DNA of 36,559 bases, taken from positions 1 through 36,559 of the IMG/VR virus record IMGVR_UViG_2724679237_000007; one strand, given 5' to 3'. The position numbers and the translations under genes are program-made. The DNA is from a virus. Its lineage: Duplodnaviria; Heunggongvirae; Uroviricota; Caudoviricetes. Below are positions 35,525 through 36,559 of the stretch, one piece after another (position 1 is the first letter of the stretch; every line of letters begins with the position of its first letter). The notes below the pieces were generated by a model that saw only the letters and a program-made list of their open reading frames with translations, did not search any database and was not told where the DNA came from.

Positions 35525-36559
35525 AACTTTCGATAATAACCTTGCTAAAAGTAATGGGATTGCGATTGCAGAAAATGGATATAATAATTGGGTGTAAAAA
35601 GTATGGTAATGAACTAGAGTTTTAGTATTTCTCATGTCCCATAATCCAAATAACGAAAAAATCATGTCGAGGAATACAAATATACATAAATGATATGACA
35701 TTATTCCTCGCGAATACTTTCCTGCATCCTTTAAAAAAGTTGATAAATAAGTTCCATTAAATACAGAGGAAACAAAAAAAATTAGTAGTATGCATAGTAG
35801 AGCCATAATGGTTGTAACAACAAATCCTGATGGATATGCACTCCATGACATTATCATTGGTTTTGCTAGGCCAGATAAATATAATGATAAAACCAAGATA
35901 AATAAAATTAAAGCGATAATTTTATTTTTAAAATGTAAGATAAATGAATTGATGCAGCACCCGATCAGCATAAACATGGTGGCATATAGAACTTGAGACG
36001 TTAAGTTATATATCTGTTCACCTGTGATTTTATATATATCGGCCATGATGGTTGTAGATACGTATCCAAAACATATTGATATTGCAATTATTGTAATTTT
36101 TTGTGTTTTAGTATCTTTTATTTTTAATGACAATGAAATAATTATAGTTGATATAATGTTTGACAATAGGTATGCAAAAAGAAACCATCCAACTAAAAAC
36201 AATTCATTGTTATGGAAGTTGTTTTTGAATATTGATATTATTGTTTCAATGGGGTGTTCTGAAAATGGTAACCCAAACCCTATTCCATATATCTTAGATA
36301 TGCCAACGGAAACCATGCCGATTATTAAATACGTAACAATAAAATACATGATTATTTTTGAAAGTGTTTTTTTTATGGTTTTGAATGGGGTGATTCCATC
36401 AATAAAAAAACCACCCACAAAAAAGAATAAAGGCATATGATAAAAGTAAGGTTTGGTAATACCAACTAATATCCCCCAACTATGGCCGATAACCACAGCG
36501 ATAATCCCAATTCCTTTTACAATATACAAAGTGTCACTTTGCTCTTTAGTCAGTGTCAC
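35516..36559 (-). CDS. Acyltransferase family 3 integral membrane protein (O-antigen/polysaccharide acetyltransferase-like); N-terminus at or just beyond the window edge
   Basis: 347 aa, about 10 predicted TM segments; N-terminal VKGIGIIAVVIGHS matches the acyltransferase-3 signature; very low GC (roughly 28%); convergent with the tailspike. Confidence 0.75.
   Translation of the reverse strand: MTLTKEQSDTLYIVKGIGIIAVVIGHSWGILVGITKPYFYHMPLFFFVGGFFIDGITPFKTIKKTLSKIIMYFIVTYLIIGMVSVGISKIYGIGFGLPFSEHPIETIISIFKNNFHNNELFLVGWFLFAYLLSNIISTIIISLSLKIKDTKTQKITIIAISICFGYVSTTIMADIYKITGEQIYNLTSQVLYATMFMLIGCCINSFILHFKNKIIALILFILVLSLYLSGLAKPMIMSWSAYPSGFVVTTIMALLCILLIFFVSSVFNGTYLSTFLKDAGKYSRGIMSYHLCIFVFLDMIFSLFGLWDMRNTKTLVHYHTFYTQLLYPFSAIAIPLLLARLLSKVKK

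Overview
The window is almost entirely one temperate prophage with a T7-like (podovirus) replication and virion gene set under lambda-like regulation; no phage RNA polymerase is present. The integrase sits at the left edge, so the att site must lie just outside the window. A leftward early operon follows (HNH endonuclease, family A DNA polymerase, a low-GC TIR-like-domain moron, small regulators, VRR-NUC nuclease, C5 methyltransferase, SNF2-like helicase, AlpA/Xis-like protein). After a CI-like repressor / Cro-like switch come the rightward genes: primase, an iteron array, a Q-like antiterminator, holin and endolysin, terminase, portal, scaffold, capsid, tail tubular and internal virion proteins, and a tailspike. 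A convergent low-GC acyltransferase lies at the right edge. The best candidate for an undescribed system is the terminator-delimited TIR-like gene at 4822..5583, a likely single-gene abortive-infection or superinfection-exclusion effector. Other notable observations are a tRNA-Glu-like element lacking an anticodon arm inside an ORF-poor 0.8 kb stretch, a G9 tract inside the tailspike gene at a compositional junction, and a GTTACCACC iteron array. All calls come from reading the sequence and the ORF translations by eye, with protein families assigned from remembered motifs; nothing was searched or computed.
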